A DNA stretch of 63,234 nucleotides, filler included, from Platydemus manokwari (GCA_037951405.1; 5 parts of 5 records of this genome joined end to end with filler, not necessarily neighbours in it); one strand, 5' to 3'. Numbered from the whole stretch's first letter, positions 25,973 through 40,620 are shown. Notes: generated from the sequence alone by a model not told the origin. Made by a program: numbers and translations.

Positions 25973-27079
25973 GTAAATAATTAAAATCTTATTTGATTTA
26001 GTGAATTTTATCTGTTGTATATCATTTTGAGTATTTTAGTCTGATCATTCGTATTGATATTTGAGAAATACGTCAATTATCACATCCTAATGGTATTATC
26101 ACACCAGTGGCTTGTGTGAATAAAAAAATAAAAACCCTAAATGAAATATTTACCCGCCATTTTAAATTACATGACCCATCGTTATTATATCAAATTCAAA
26201 GAAATAATGATAATCAATAAGTTTTCGACTGGAAGTTAATCTAAAAATAGAAGTTAAACATAAAACGATACAGTTTCATCATCTATATTAAACGAAAACC
26301 ATTTTATTTTTTGGCTTCAATTGCTGAATTGAATTTTAATAATTTGAAGTTTGACAAATTAAAACTTTAAAATCTTCCAGAAAATGATTATTTAAAACTA
26401 GTTAAAGTTCGTGAAATGGCAAATTAATGGAAATTATCATGGACATATTTTAACTTTAGAAGAAAGAGAAGAAACACTCCAAAGTTTTACTATTATTTTT
26501 TAAGAATAATAAATATAAAAAGGAGTTTTGTAAATCGATTGACCATTAAAATAATTATCTAAATTTTTTTATAAATGCGTTGGATATGAGAATAGAAAAC
26601 ATGTAATTGTAAAAATTATATATTAAGATTTCTCGTAAATACAGATAATGATGCGAAAAACATTAGAGTTGCAAAGAGGTTAGGTATTTGGTTTAGTAAT
26701 GTAATCATGGATATTGTTAGTAGCGTTTATTTATTGTGTGTAAATATTAGAAGTCATCAAATTCAGAATCTGGAAATATATTTTTAATACACATTACTTA
26801 AACAATTTTTTGAGAGTTTTACTTTGATTTCAATTCAAGATATTATAAATAAAAATATATTGTAGATGTTGTACTATTTTATTAATCACACATTGAAAAC
26901 GAACTGAAAAGTCGTCGATAACCATATATTTACAATTATATAAACAAATTAATTTACTTTTATAATAAATCTAAATTAAACCTTTAAAATATAATTCATA
27001 TAAAAATACTCACCGATACTATTTTAAAATATCCAATAATCTTCTTTGTCTTCAATTTTTTACGTTAGATTTTAAATAT

Positions 27080-27420
27080 CCTTAGCTCCCTTTTAAAACA
27101 TTTGGTTTTCTCAACGTTTATTCATTATCACTGTGTCTTTCCGTAATTGATAGTTTCTTTTATGGTTCTTCTGTACCACTTCATATGGTGCTTTGTACCT
27201 TTTTTAATCTTTGTTCCTTATTTCCTTCTTTGCAAATACTCTGACTAATTCCTTGAATTTACGTTTTGTAGTTACTACTGCTCATTTCTTTAACTTTTTT
27301 CTTCAATGTTTCCCTCGAATTCTACTCTATCCAATTAATTTTTCGGCTGCCACTGTGATCAACCTTCCTTCTAAATATAATCTGTACAGATCGTGTTTTC
27401 TGCTATGACATTCATCGTAT
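27080..27420 (-). mobile_element. Older Gypsy 3'-end remnant (integrase GPY/F-like tail plus PPT)
   Basis: Minus strand reads ..RYKAPYEVV.. and ends in AAAAGGGAG; heavily decayed. Confidence 0.35.
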
Positions 27421-27429
27421 ATTTAATTT

Positions 27430-30400
27430 CAGGTTATATTATAACCCAGTTTGTGAGTTGCTTATCTTTTAATGTGGCATTTATGTATTCCTTACTCTTT
27501 CTAAATTGCCTTTCAATTTTTTTATTTGCACTGCTTTGATATAGTAAAAAGATAACTCGCTTGCATCAATATTTTATTCTGTTTCAAAGTTAAACTGTTT
27601 GTTTTTTTAATATTAAAACAAATCTCATTTTTATCTAACTTCCCTCTCCCGTTGTTTTTCAGATCCTTTTTAGCCATTCAATTTTTCGAGGTTTTGGCTG
27701 TCCCTGGAAATCAAGAAGAACTTGAAGTGGACTTAAAATTTTTAAAATTCTGCAAGGACCTTCATAACGATCTCCGTTCTTCTTTATATTATGTGGTTCT
27801 TTCTTCACTAAAACCTCTTCTCCAACTGTGAAAATTCTACAACCTCTTTTCTCAGCATCGAATTTCTTTAAGTTTGTGGCTACTGATTTTAGCTGGTTTT
27901 CCGTTTCTTTGATGATCTGGTCGTGATGGCTTGGTTCATTTAATCGTAACCCATGCATATTAATTCTTCGTCCAAACAATATTTCAAAAGGAGAATGTTG
28001 AATTGAACTTTGATATGTTGCATTGATGATGAATTCTATCCGCGGTATTAATTTATCCCAAGCCTGTTTCTCTGATGCAATCGATGTTACCACCATGTCT
28101 CTGACCGTCCTAATCATCCTTTAGGCTAAGCCATTTGTTTGATGTTGATATAGGAAAGTAAATTCTTGTTTTATTCCAAAACGTCTCGCTAATTTATTTA
28201 TTTCCCTTCCTTCGAAGACTCTACCCCGATCAGTGAGCATTGATTTTGAGGCACCATACCTATAGATCCATTCATCGATGATAGACATGGAAATACTTAT
28301 TTCGTCTACTCGAATAAATAGCACCAAGCTTACTAACTTACTGAATCTATCTGGAATAACCAAAATATATCTGGTTTTAATTATATATCTAAAAAGTGCG
28401 CAAAATCAACAACGAACTGTTCCAGAAGCCCAAACTCTTCCTTGGGAATCATACTCACTTTAGTCCGTCCAGTGTATATCTTCCGTTTAGCACAAATATC
28501 ATAATTCCGTACTTCATGTTCGATGCTTCGTGACATATTTGGTTAGAAGTAAATTTTTTGAATGTAATTGACCAATTTCTTGATACCAATATGACACAAT
28601 ACCTCATGAAGGTATCTCGTAAGTTTCTGCTAATAAACCTCTGGCACAGCAATTCGTTTTTTCAATTCTCATTAAACATCACCATATCTTTAAACAATTT
28701 TTATTTCTTAAACTGTTAAAATAGTTGCTTTTTTGATCTTCTGAATTGACTTTTGTTTCTGTTTTCCCTAACAATTTTCGAATGAAACCAACGACAGTAT
28801 CTTCTTGTTGAATCTTTCTTAGTTTGTCATTATTTGCAATTGAATACTCGACAACATTAATAAACTGACTTTTTGGTTTACCTTCTTTGGCTCCCTGGTG
28901 CAGAGATATCCATTGTGAACAATATGCTTCGCCTATCCTTGAGAGTCCATCTGCATTTCCGTGATCTGATCCTTTCCTATAATGAAGTTCGAAAGTGAGT
29001 ACAGATAAGTTTGCAAACCATGTTTGAAACTGAGGGCTTATCGGCTTGTTAGTTTTCTTCATGTATGTCAAGGCTTTGTTATAAGTGCGAGATACAATTT
29101 TCCTTTCTAACAAATAATGTTTAAAATGCATAGTAAAATTGTAGAATGCCAAAAGCTCTTTCCTCGTGACGCAATAACCTTTCTCATGGCTGTCAAGAGT
29201 TCTAGAAACATAGACTCTCTTTATTACATTGTCATCCAGCTGGCTTAGAACGCCTCCAATCACTCCGAAACTAGCGTCATTGTCTAAAATTATCTCTTTG
29301 TGTGGATCCCGAAAGAATAAAACTAGAGCTGTGCATAATTGTTTTTTAAGGTTTCTAAAACTTTCCTCACACTCTGCTCTCCACTCCAACTTTTCGTCAC
29401 TTCCAGTCATCATCACATATAACGGATCCGTAATTAATGCGTAATCCTTGATAAATCTTCTGTAATAATTACATAATTATGGGAACTACCTCAAAAGGGT
29501 TATGCAATTAGGTTTTATTGCTTCCTCAATCATCTTTACTTTGTCGTCATTAGTTTCCATACCTTCTGCACTGACCGTTTGACCCAGGAAATTCAATTTT
29601 TTAGTGCCAAAAGTGCATTTCTCAGGATTGATTTTTAAACCTGATGATTTAATTAACCTGAATATCTTGTCCAGTTTCTAATTGTGTTCCTTAACTGTTC
29701 TTCCATACACTAAAATATCGTCCAGATAAATCAGAACGCCTTTGTAAATCGAGTCCTTGAATATAGTATTCATTAAACTCTGAAACGTTGCTGGCGCGGT
29801 ACATAATCCAAAAGGTAGTCTGTTAGAACAGAACTGCCCAGTTCTAGTGCTGAAAGCCGTTTTCATTTTAGTATCTTCCTCAAGTTCAACCTAATAATAT
29901 GCTTGGCCTAAATCCATCGTTGAGAAAACTGTTGCTCCATATACTGAGTCTAATAAAGTTCGGATATTAGGTATCGGAAAAAACAGACTTCTCATTCTGT
30001 TTGTTTAATTATCTGAAGTCTAAATACATCCTGATCAATCCATCTTTCTTAGGAACCACTACCAAAGGAGAGTTCCAAGGGCTCTTCCAAGGTGTTATGA
30101 CATTACTTTCCAGAAGATTTTCTATCAATTCTTGAATTTTGGTTTCTAAATTTATTGGCTGCCTTTTGGGGTTTTGAGCAATAAGTTCCCCTTTTGTACG
30201 GATCTCGTGCTTCACCAAATCTGTTAGTTCCAAATCGAACCGAGAAGCCATAAAAATTGAGCCATTTTCTTTTATACACCTATTTAATGAAATATCGATC
30301 TTATCCGCAATACTCTTCTGTCTTGGTCGATGTATTTCTTTCCCACATCCTTGGAATCAATTGATTTTATCCCTGCTAGGAATATTCCACAAGTCTTTAT

Positions 30401-31400
30401 CATTTCAACTCCTCCAATAAAACCTGGTGATATTTCTTTTACTAAAAAATCTCCTTTACTAGAATTTTGTTGTTCCAAACTATTTGAATCCTTATATTCC
30501 TTAGACACTTTTGTGTGTGTTGGAGAATACACCACCCAAACAAACATCCGAATTTTTAATATGCAGCTCTCTAATACTCATCCAATTACTCTCGTTCACT
30601 AATGTTATTGATGCACTAGGATAGAATAACATTTCAATATGTACATTGTTGCACTCAATTTTACTCCACTATCTAATGGTGCTCGATGATATTCCTTTAC
30701 ACCAAAATCTCTTTCTTGCATAATTAGATTTGGTTTTTTGAACAAAATCACCTTCTGACAGATCTTTCTTGGGTCACTTTGAAATACCCACTGAGCATGT
30801 GTCTTCTTGATGCATTTTATGGGCTTCGTCGAAGTTAACTTCTACAAATTAACAGCTAGCTCTATTCTTCTATCGTCGAACATTGCAGAGTCCAGGTGTC
30901 AGACCTTACATAATAAATAGTCATTAAATTTTTTCAAAAGTGTTTTTCTTGTCAAACACCTCCAAAACTAACTTTCTTACCCGAAGCTCAAAACTGCAAT
31001 ATTTTCATCTGGTCGTTAAAGCATTGCTGCTAAATCTTGAAACTTATCCTACACAGTTTTGGCATATATTAAAATGTTTCTAAAAACCATTTTTCAATTT
31101 CTTTATTTGACACAGCTTCTGTGAAACTGCTGAATTCTTACCACAGTTGTTTGGCATCATCTTTCGACAACATGTCAAATGCAAATGATAGTTCTATTTG
31201 AATATATGTTAGTAGCTAAATATTCTAGTACAGCAGTCAAATAAATTGGAGCTCCAACATGAATACGTTCGAAGAAGTTACCTTTAATTAATTTACGATG
31301 AACTCTATCAACTGGAAATTGAACACCACCTCGCGAACACCGAGTTTAGCTTTGAGTTTTGGAGTATTTTCGCGGATTTACCAGTTTTTCTGACATTTTA
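27430..31400 (-). mobile_element. Decayed Ty3/Gypsy LTR retrotransposon (gag-PR-RT-RNaseH-INT)
   Basis: Protease LDSG (~30670); RT SPWNSPLVVVPKKDG..DFR, KTAFST, LPFGLCTAPATFQ, YLDD; RNase H DAS..IGGVL, Y.VTRKELLA, HGNADGLSR; integrase DRFSK, TDRG, HQTNGLA, SPFEILFGR, YEGP; PPT GGGAGAGGGAAG at ~27639-27650; many frameshifts. Outer boundaries approximate. Confidence 0.93.
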
Positions 31401-33036
31401 AGTTAAAAATAAAAAACATTGAATAGCCATAGTTCTGTTAGAATGAATATTTAAATGATTTTGCAAATTTTTACAACATTTCTAAATTGTTTTAAATTTT
31501 TCAGTTTTAAAAATATTAATTTTAAATAAAAATATTAGGGCAGTTAATAATTATGATGATTATTTTTAATTTTTATTATTAATAAAAATTTTATTTAAAT
31601 ATTTAGATAAAAATAATTTATTATCAACAAATGTTTTTTTATAATTTACATTTATCAGAACCTATTTTTATTAAAATTGATTATCGAAATTATTTGTTGT
31701 CATATATAAAGTTATGAGGCATTCCTAGGTATTTGATCATTTTAAATTCGATAATGTCCAATATTATTCGATAATATTCGAATATTACGAAAATGAATTT
31801 CAATGAAGAGATTTGATTTTGCAAAAAGGTATTACCAACTTGTAAGTGTTGATATCCTCATTCCATCTAATTAGATTAAAATAGACACGAATAGAATAGA
31901 ATTGCTGGAATTCATTTTGTAATTGTGGTACCAATGCATTTGCTATAAAATTTTCACAAAATCAGAAAAATAATAAAATCTATATAATAAAATATAAATA
32001 TAACAAAATAAAATAATGAAATGAAATTTGTGAATATTATTTTTCTTCAGCCTCATTATTTAATTTATTTTTTAAAGCTATTTTTTCTCAATTTATTCAT
32101 TTTTTTTATTGACATGAAAATCAATGATAGATATTTTTGAAACATAAAATTGATATTATTTTTCAACCTTTCATACATATCAAATTTTATTATGTGTTTT
32201 GTTTGTCTTTGATTTTCGAGTAGGAGATAAGTGTGCTAAAAACATTTTTTAAGGCATGTGCTCATGTTCAATAATTCAAAAATAATCCAAAAGAATATGC
32301 CATGACTATAATAAGTCTATGCAGAAGCCAATTAATAGATCTAAACGAATTTAACAAAAAATTACAATTCGATCATATTCTTGATTTTATTGATTTTGAA
32401 CATCGAAATATTTTGATCATAATATTTGTTACAATCGTATTTTATTGTTATTATTGATGTTTGACATTTGGTTCTTTGTTATACTAAATATATTCAAAAC
32501 GCTTTTTCACATTATTTGAATGTTGAAATTGTCTTTGAGTTCGATGATCGAATCGTGATTTATCTTTCTTGAGTCGTTGATTCAATTAAAAGCTTTGCAT
32601 TTATTAGTATTAATATAATTGTAATGAGAATCACTACCCACTAATGGTGAGAATTTAATACAAAAACAAACAAATGAATTAAATTTTTCTAAAAAATTTC
32701 CATTCATTCTATATTGCCGTGAAAACAATAGCTCGAGCGTGTCAGAGCTAATTAATTGTTAGAAAATCATATTTCAATTTTCTAGCCAGGTGTTTTTTTG
32801 GCAGGCTATAAGTCAGAGATTCTCCAAATTTGTGATGATACCTAATGTTATGTAATTGTCTGCTTTTATTGAAGACAAAAGTACTTTAGAATTACTTTTT
32901 CATTTCAGTCATCCACAAACGTAACACTATTAGGATTTTTTCTTTATTTTATGTATTTGACCTGAAGTATTTAATAACATGATTCTTTTTTATTTTCTTA
33001 TTGTTTTTGTAATAATTTTTGTGTTTTATATTATTA

Positions 33037-33070
33037 TATTAGGTTGTAAATAAAGTTCGCGGACAAAATT
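33037..33070 (+). mobile_element. Mariner-type TIR near contig end
   Basis: TATTAGGTTGTAAATAAAGTTCGCG resembles the TA-TTAGGTTG mariner terminus. Confidence 0.5.
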
Positions 33071-33169
33071 GTAAATAAAAATTTGCCATCAGGTTTTGCC
33101 ATCGATTTATTCAATGGATTAATTATTTTATTATTATTATATAATCTCTTTTGGATTACTAATATTTTT

Positions 33170-33269
33170 NNNNNNNNNNNNNNNNNNNNNNNNNNNNNNN
33201 NNNNNNNNNNNNNTTAATTAATTAANNNNNNNNNNNNNNNNNNNNNNNNNNNNNNNNNNNNNNNNNNNN
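33170..33269. other. Artificial contig spacer
   Basis: N44-TTAATTAATTAA-N44. Confidence 0.97.
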
Positions 33270-33275
33270 ATTATT

Positions 33276-33343
<68 letters not shown>
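33270..33343. repeat. (ATT)n microsatellite
   Basis: Near-perfect ATT run at the contig start. Confidence 0.95.
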
Positions 33344-33344
<1 letters not shown>

Positions 33345-33849
33345 TAGATCAATTATTTTCAAGCGCAGGCATTCTTTCGTTTTCTTGAATCTTTCTCATT
33401 CTCTTATGCTCCTACAAAAGCTAATTGTTACTCACAGACTATGGTGTTTATATCTGTTTCTTTGTGTTGTGATATCTTTATCAATTTTATTTCTAATCCA
33501 AATTCTATTTGAGAATCTATTCCGCCTATAATCTTCAGTTTCATTTTTTTCTTATTCTCTATTTTTAGAAATCTGGAGAGGCTTCAAACCTTGGATCGTT
33601 AATATTTTTAATTATTTTTCGTCTGTCACTGAAGCAAACATTTTTGAATATTGAAATTTATATTTATTTTGTCATTATTTTATGTTGTTGGTCCGAACAT
33701 AACAGTTTATGATACTTTTGTTAGGTCCGCTAGGATAGTCTTAAAATGGCAGTCGATAGTCCTAGGTACCACTATAAAAAAATATAATTTAGAAGACTTG
33801 TGCTTTTATATAATGCGTTGAAAGATTTTTGATCTTCAGAAGTGGTAAA

Positions 33850-34465
33850 AACGCGCATTATCCAATGAATAATACTGTAGGAAAAAGATTAACTCCGTGC
33901 TTAGCACAGGTGCTGTGTCTTTGAGAAACTGTTTTCGAATAATAGCTAAATTCCTTGTAATTAATTTTGTTGTTGATAATGAAGAGATTATGTAAAAATC
34001 AGAGTTTTTAACATACGACAAATATGCTACATCTAGTAATGTGACAGAAGAGCAGTCGTTGTCTCACACAACAGTACTTCGACGCTTGTATAAATGGAAA
34101 AACGGTATTTTATTGTCATAAGAAAATAAAGTAAAGAGGTGAAAGAATATATGGCTAACTGCTATCCATGCATTAGCGGAATGACATTCTATGCCAACTC
34201 AAAATGACCGAAGAGATGCAGGTGATATACCTTCAACATTAATTTATCGGTTTTCGACTGCCAAAAAACACCTAGCAACTATTTTCACGATTTGAAAAGA
34301 TTTCGTCTGTGTGATTTACTTCCTCAAAGAATAAGCTTAAACAGAGAAATTTATTGCACTCAGTTGGATAAACTCGTAGATGTGATTCGAAAAGAGAAGC
34401 TCCAGTTGTTTGGAAACAGTTTTGAAAAGTTTCATTTTTTTCACGATAACTCACCACCGCATTCA
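33850..34465 (+). mobile_element. Decayed mariner transposase fragment
   Basis: LSHTTVLRRL, CDLLPQRISLNREIYCTQLDKL and FHDNSPPHS (HDNARPH equivalent). Confidence 0.7.
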
Positions 34466-35896
34466 GTATAATTCACATAAAGTAAGTAATAAAAAATTAA
34501 TATATTAATATTTGATGAAATGTCCTTCAATATAAACACATTTCATATCTTTCACTATTCTTCTTTAAATAAAACATTCAAGAAGATTTTAAATTTATTA
34601 CTCTGAGCATTGTACTGATAAATCTGGTAAATTTATTAAGATTTTTATATTGTAATATTAATAATCATCGTATCCAAAAATCAGATTTCAATGGTCCTGA
34701 GATATAGAATCAATATTAACAAATAAAACAAATCTTATGCGTATTTCTTGATGTTCTTGAATAAAAAGAATGTCGGTAATTTACATATAAGAAGATCAAA
34801 TATGACAGGAAAACTAATTTCCTTATGATGGTAATACCGCAAAATGATAAATTGATAGTGACAGGAGCAAATATGGCTTCAACTGATTTGCATTAATAAA
34901 GTAGCGGGTTTCATTTTTCTACGTTTTGATTTTTAATGATTTGAAATGATTTTTTCTTTATTTCGATTTTAGAAAGTAAATTACCATCAAAGTATATTAT
35001 TAATTTTCTTATAAATATCGATAGAAAAGTTACGTTTCATCAAAACACATTCTTTAAATAAAAATACTCAATTTAAATAAAACGCTAATAATATAATTTA
35101 ATATAAAGCCGATTTTTAATTAAATACATTTTCTTAACTTTTAAAGTGACATCAAATTTCATAAATTTCAATTTTTAATGAAAACAAATTTGCATTATAT
35201 CAGTGGTAGACCCTGAAATAATTAAAATTTAAAACATTCTATTTAATTTCCTATATAATATGAATAAACTAGATTTATTTCTTTTATTACTTTCATTGTT
35301 CGTATTTAATAATAATATGTAATGGGTTATTGGGCTATATTTATATTGTATAAATTTGTATGAAAATAATAAAGTTGCAGAATTAATTGTATTTGTTAAT
35401 TTTATTCTATTTGTTCAATTGGTAAATGATGTTATAAATCAAAATTTAAAATTTAGGAGTGCATTTATTTAAGAAAGAAAACGCATTAAATGGGTTGAAT
35501 TAGTTAATAAATATTTGAACTCAAAAAGCCTTAATTAATTAATGAAAGCACGACAATTACTCGTTATTTATATATAAATGTATATGTGCTTGAAATAGCA
35601 AAAAGACGTGAATTAATTTATCCTTAACTATTACAGTTCGAATAATTGTTCAAAGGTTACAATTGATGTCGAATTGAATCAGTACTAAATTATGATGTCA
35701 GCAAATATTTCCGCCAAAATACATTTTCCGTAATAAACATTATATGGCATGTAAGAAAAATACTTTGTAAGAATATTTCTGGCAGATTATCAAGTAATTA
35801 ATTATTGGTTTTGTTTTATTGTAATTAGGGATAAATAATATTTTTTAATTATTATTTTGTTTCAATAATGTTTATATTGTGTTATTTTGAAATAAA

Positions 35897-36445
35897 ATGG
35901 TTTACAATTTCTATAAGAAGCTGATAATCAGTCCAAAGAATCGAGATCAATCTCGACACAATCAGCACGAAAAGAATCGTCGACAAAACAATGAGTTCCA
36001 TGAAATACAGTTAAAACAACTGGGTCCAAAAGCCATTTTCAAAACATTTTCTCATTCACAACCATTTCAAAAAATAAAAGAAACCAAATTCGATGATCGT
36101 GATATGATTTATGAAAGAATTCCTGTTAATAATTCTGCAATCGATTCAAACAAACCTGTTTATATTGAAGGACTTTCTTTACCTCCGAAACCTGCCAAAA
36201 TCAACTTGGAAAAAGATTCCGATAAAACGAATTTTAGTTTCGATTGTTTTAATGATGCTCTTACCAATATGCAGTCGACCTTAAAAAATATGGAAAACGA
36301 TTATGATATTGAAAAACACAATGATGGTCGTTATTCAGTAAAACAAGAATTCGGTAGTTTATCATTGAATTATCTTGGGACTCGAACTCGAGTTATTTCA
36401 GATAATGTTGGGTTTAATGTTGAGACAAGGGAAACAAATCTTTAA
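35897..36445 (+). CDS. Intronless 182-aa protein of unknown function, paralog A
   Basis: Long ATG-initiated ORF in very AT-rich DNA; the frame is conserved in the paralog at 45111-45653. Confidence 0.75.
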   Translation: MVYNFYKKLIISPKNRDQSRHNQHEKNRRQNNEFHEIQLKQLGPKAIFKTFSHSQPFQKIKETKFDDRDMIYERIPVNNSAIDSNKPVYIEGLSLPPKPAKINLEKDSDKTNFSFDCFNDALTNMQSTLKNMENDYDIEKHNDGRYSVKQEFGSLSLNYLGTRTRVISDNVGFNVETRETNL

Positions 36446-38401
36446 TTTACAATGTGTAAAAATACATATCGAGTGTAAAATATATAAATAATTTTGAATA
36501 CTTTTTTTTCAATTTAATTTTTAATATTTTTTGTTAACATCTTAATTGCTCATTTTCTGAAGTTGTTCAACTGTCCATTTGATTAGTTCTATGTAAGTGT
36601 TATGAACGAAATGAGATCATTAAATTCTAGTCTACGTTTTTATTTATTTTTAACAATTTGAAAAATGGGTGCTATTCATATTCTCCTCCACCTTCTAGTA
36701 TTGAAAACGAAAATACAATATTTGAGACATCAATAAAAAATTTACCGATGCACAACCATTGTGCCCTTAATAAAATAACCGATTATTTGTTAGGAATTCG
36801 TTTCTGATGATAATTTTCCATTAAATTTGTTTTATCTAAAAAGTTATTTTTATTTATTATTTGATTGGTTGGTTCAATTCATTCGATATTGTAGATATCT
36901 GAAAAGACAAACATATCAAATTATGAGAAATATATTTTGTATGTGATGACACCATTGATTCTTTTAAACACTATTTACGAATTATTTTACTAAGGGCACA
37001 AATAATGCAACATCAATAACAGATAATCAAATTAAAATATTAGGAACTTTAACTCTATTTTATTATAATATTTTTACAGATGATTTTATATTTACGGAAT
37101 TGCTTTACCGAGAACTTTATGTTTTGATTGAACTATCAGTAGCTTCGTCATCAACAGATTGGTACGTCTTTTTTTCTTTTCCAGAAATAAATTCCTTTCC
37201 ATAGTAACAATTTATGAATTTCATATATTTTACAAAGAAAAATCTTTTCCATTTACTTAAATAATGTATGGTTAAGGAATTGCATATTTTACACGAAATT
37301 AATTTATTTATTGGAAATATATGTCCTCATACGCTAGCAATGAGTAATGTGCTAACATTTATATTATTTAAAAGAAACCAAACTGAATAAGACAAAGCGG
37401 AAATCAAAAATATGTATAAAAATTGTCCTATACTAAAATACTATTAAAATCGAAAATAGAGTTAGCTATGTGCTGTTTACAACAAGGAGTTCTGAAAAAT
37501 ACTTACTATAGTAAAATATCAATGCACTTCAGATGATGGTAGTATGAAATTTTCAATTTTAGTGTCTTGTAAAATTTATATCAACTCTTTACCTGGTCTT
37601 GCTGGAATCTGAATTTTTCCAGTTAATACTTTCTACTGTAATGTAGGAACTAGTTTATTTTCAAAGAATCCTCAATATCTCTCCAGGAATTAAATGTTTA
37701 TCTTTATTGAAAATTTTATATTTTTTCGGAAAGCACGGACAAGTCCAGTGATTGTCTTTAAATAGGCAATTTGTAAACAAAACCCTACAAATGTCAATGT
37801 AATGAGCTAAAATGACATACATCTGAAAACATGAACAAACCAGATCAATACGAATAAACAAAAGGGCACATATTTACAATACCGACAAATATTAAAAGAG
37901 TAGAAGAATTTTTAGGATATTATTTGCGATTGATAAAGTATCATGCTGACATAGAAGAGGTATTATTTGACCTTCTACGAGTTCTAAATTACTTTAAAAT
38001 AATTAGATTAGAATTAATTAGATTCCATATTTATTGAATAGTAATCTTATTAATGCTATTTATACATATTTAAATGAGACGGGCGAACCAAAATCGATAA
38101 TACTTCACAGAAAAAGATAAACTTAATTTTTTAGAAAAAATTTTATCTATTATTAAAATATATTTTATAAAATAAATGTAAAATAAATAATTTATAGAAA
38201 ACCATTTTGAAATATTTAAAATAAAATTATATTTATTCAATGACACAAGCAAAGACAAATGAATCTCATCAAAAGAGTCAATCTAATTAAAAGTTTAATT
38301 ATCACAATTATAAGCAAATGATAAATGTTGAACATTTATATGAAAATTAAGACAGAATAGTTAAAAGAAACCAGCGATGGTGCCATTGAGTTTAGAATGC
38401 C

Positions 38402-39140
38402 TCATTGAATATGATAACCGTCCCATTTTAGGTTACTTTTCATCAAACTTTTTGGTAACGCACTAATAGTATATTTAACCAAAACACATATATGGCCAAC
38501 ATTTTCATAATAAAACGATTTACATCGACCATCATTAAGGCACCTAAACAAATTTTCATTATTAAGCTGATATAACAAATAAATCATACTGAATTGCACA
38601 ATGAATTATACTTTTTGCTGTGTAATTCTCATAGCAGCCTTCTTCGTCATCATTATTGTAAATGATTTCATTTTTAATATAAATTTTATAATTAGTTGCT
38701 GTTGCATTACTCATCACACATATGTATTGCATAATTTGTTTGCATGATAAATCATGAATACCAGTCTTAGATAACTTGGTGCAATCTTCACCTTTTATTG
38801 GGTTATTTGGTTGATTGTAGTGCCAGATTGTTTTATCTTTATTCAGAGTTCCATCGATATTCAGCCATCCAGTTTTATCTGTTTTTCTTTCTCTCAGTAA
38901 ATCTGTAAGCCCAGTAAAAAAGCTGCGGTTTGGCATACAAGACTGTATAAATCGAAATTCAACATCTAATGCTAGTCTTCCACTGATTTTGTTACAAATT
39001 TTAGATGCCTTGCAAAACGTATTTCCATAAAATGGTTTGGAGATATGAATGCACAATTGTTTGCAAGACTCGAAATATTTCGGACATTTTAAAGTGTCAA
39101 TAAAAACGACGTGATATATTAACAGGATGAAAATGTACAT
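38402..39140 (-). CDS. Secreted C-type lectin domain + PAN/apple-like domain protein (exons 38590-39140, 38402-38543; 230 aa)
   Basis: Signal-like MYIFILLIYHVVFIDT; CTL motifs CPKYF..C, TFCKASKIC..GRLA, FFTGLTD, WHYNQPNN..EDC..IHDLSC..YIC. A 46-bp intron joins CAIQ to CLNDGRCKSFYY..C, the PAN-type CxxxC....C.SF.Y..C pattern. Confidence 0.85.
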
Positions 39141-40490
39141 TTAAATGAGAAAAATGAGAAATCCCTTGTTAATTTCTATCTATGTATTGAATATTGTTCA
39201 CCATCAAATTTATGTTACCTATGGTTACAATGTACACATTAAAAATATGTCAGTTAAGTGTGGAAACCAAAACACATGCTCCATCAATTGTGGGTTTCAA
39301 TTTTCGCAATCAAAGGCTTGTAAGCAAACATACTGACTATAAACCGTGCTCTTTGTTTGAATCTTTAAAAAATATCTAAGCCTTTGTCTAACAACGAGTA
39401 GTTGTATAAATTTCTTTTAATTGTAATTACTTCATGCTTGCCAATTGTTTTGTTATTATTTGTTGATATGTGTATGTTAACAGTATTAAATGAAACATAC
39501 TTAAACATCACAACAACGGATTATCCATGAATCGTAGAGGCACATCTTACATTAAATAAATCTTTAATAGAAACCTTGGTAACCGGAAAAAATTATCTAT
39601 ATTACAATTGTTATTGAATTCATTGTTGAGATTTTCTTTCTTTTCAGTTATTCAATTTCTATAAAAATTATTGATTCCCCGGGAAATTCGAAATATAGCA
39701 AATTAGGAATTTCACAGTGAAATTAAGTTTGTATAATCATTGTCTTTTAATGGTGGGGATGAAAATAATACGAATTTGGATATTTATTTCATTTAATAGT
39801 TTTTATAGTTATCTTTTAAGGTTTTTTGTTAAAATCTGGCTATTATAAATTGTTTTGTAAAATATGTTTGTCACCAGCAACTGCTTGAATTATCACGGAT
39901 TTAGCTTGGTGATTTATATTTGTATATACCAGTATAAAATATTGATTGTGTTCACTTAATAAATTATAAAATCTCAACAATGAATACAATAAAAAATGTG
40001 ATATAAATATTATTTTACAGGTTATCATGATGTTTATTATTTGCTTTTCATTGTAACATTTCAATAAACATATTATTTTTGTTAAAATAAATAAATTTAA
40101 AAATGTCTTAAAAGTAAAAGAGAAATGTAAAAATAAGAATTGAGATGTTTGTTAATGATTTATTTAATTTGAGATGGGCCTTTCCAATACATGGATAACC
40201 TGTAATCCTGATATATCGGCCTGTTTTATTTAATATTGTATTGACGCAACAACACATAATAACAAAACAATTGACATGCATGAAGTAATTACAATTAAAA
40301 GAAATCTATACAACTACTCGTTGTTAGTCAAAGGCTTAGATATTTCGATTCAAGCAAAGAGCACAGTTTACAGTCAGTATATTTGCATACAAGCCTTCGT
40401 TTACGAAAATTGAAATCCTCAAATTGATGTTGAAACATATTCAACATATAGGCAGAAATTTACAAGGGATTTTTCATTTTTCTCATTCAG

Positions 40491-40620
40491 ATGTGCATTT
40501 TCATCCTGATAATATATCAGGTCGTAAATACTGACGCTTCAGATTTGCTGACGGAAATAATTTAAACGTGGTTGGCTAAATATTGATGGAAATAAGAACT
40601 AAGTTAAAACAATGTAACAT
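40491..40620 (+). pseudogene. Internally deleted C-type lectin pseudogene, with inverted copy of the upstream region (~40150-40490)
   Basis: ATGTGCATTTTCATCCTGATAATATATCAGGTCG aligns to the lectin start, then jumps to the DLL..GWLNIDG segment; stops present. Confidence 0.7.

Noticed and set aside
26662-26700. IRVAKRLG resembling the PMCA IRVVKAF exon
   Set aside because: No AG acceptor directly upstream in phase; likely chance.
39145-39379. ORFs upstream of the lectin
   Set aside because: Frames are not conserved in the three other copies of this block; treated as non-coding flank.
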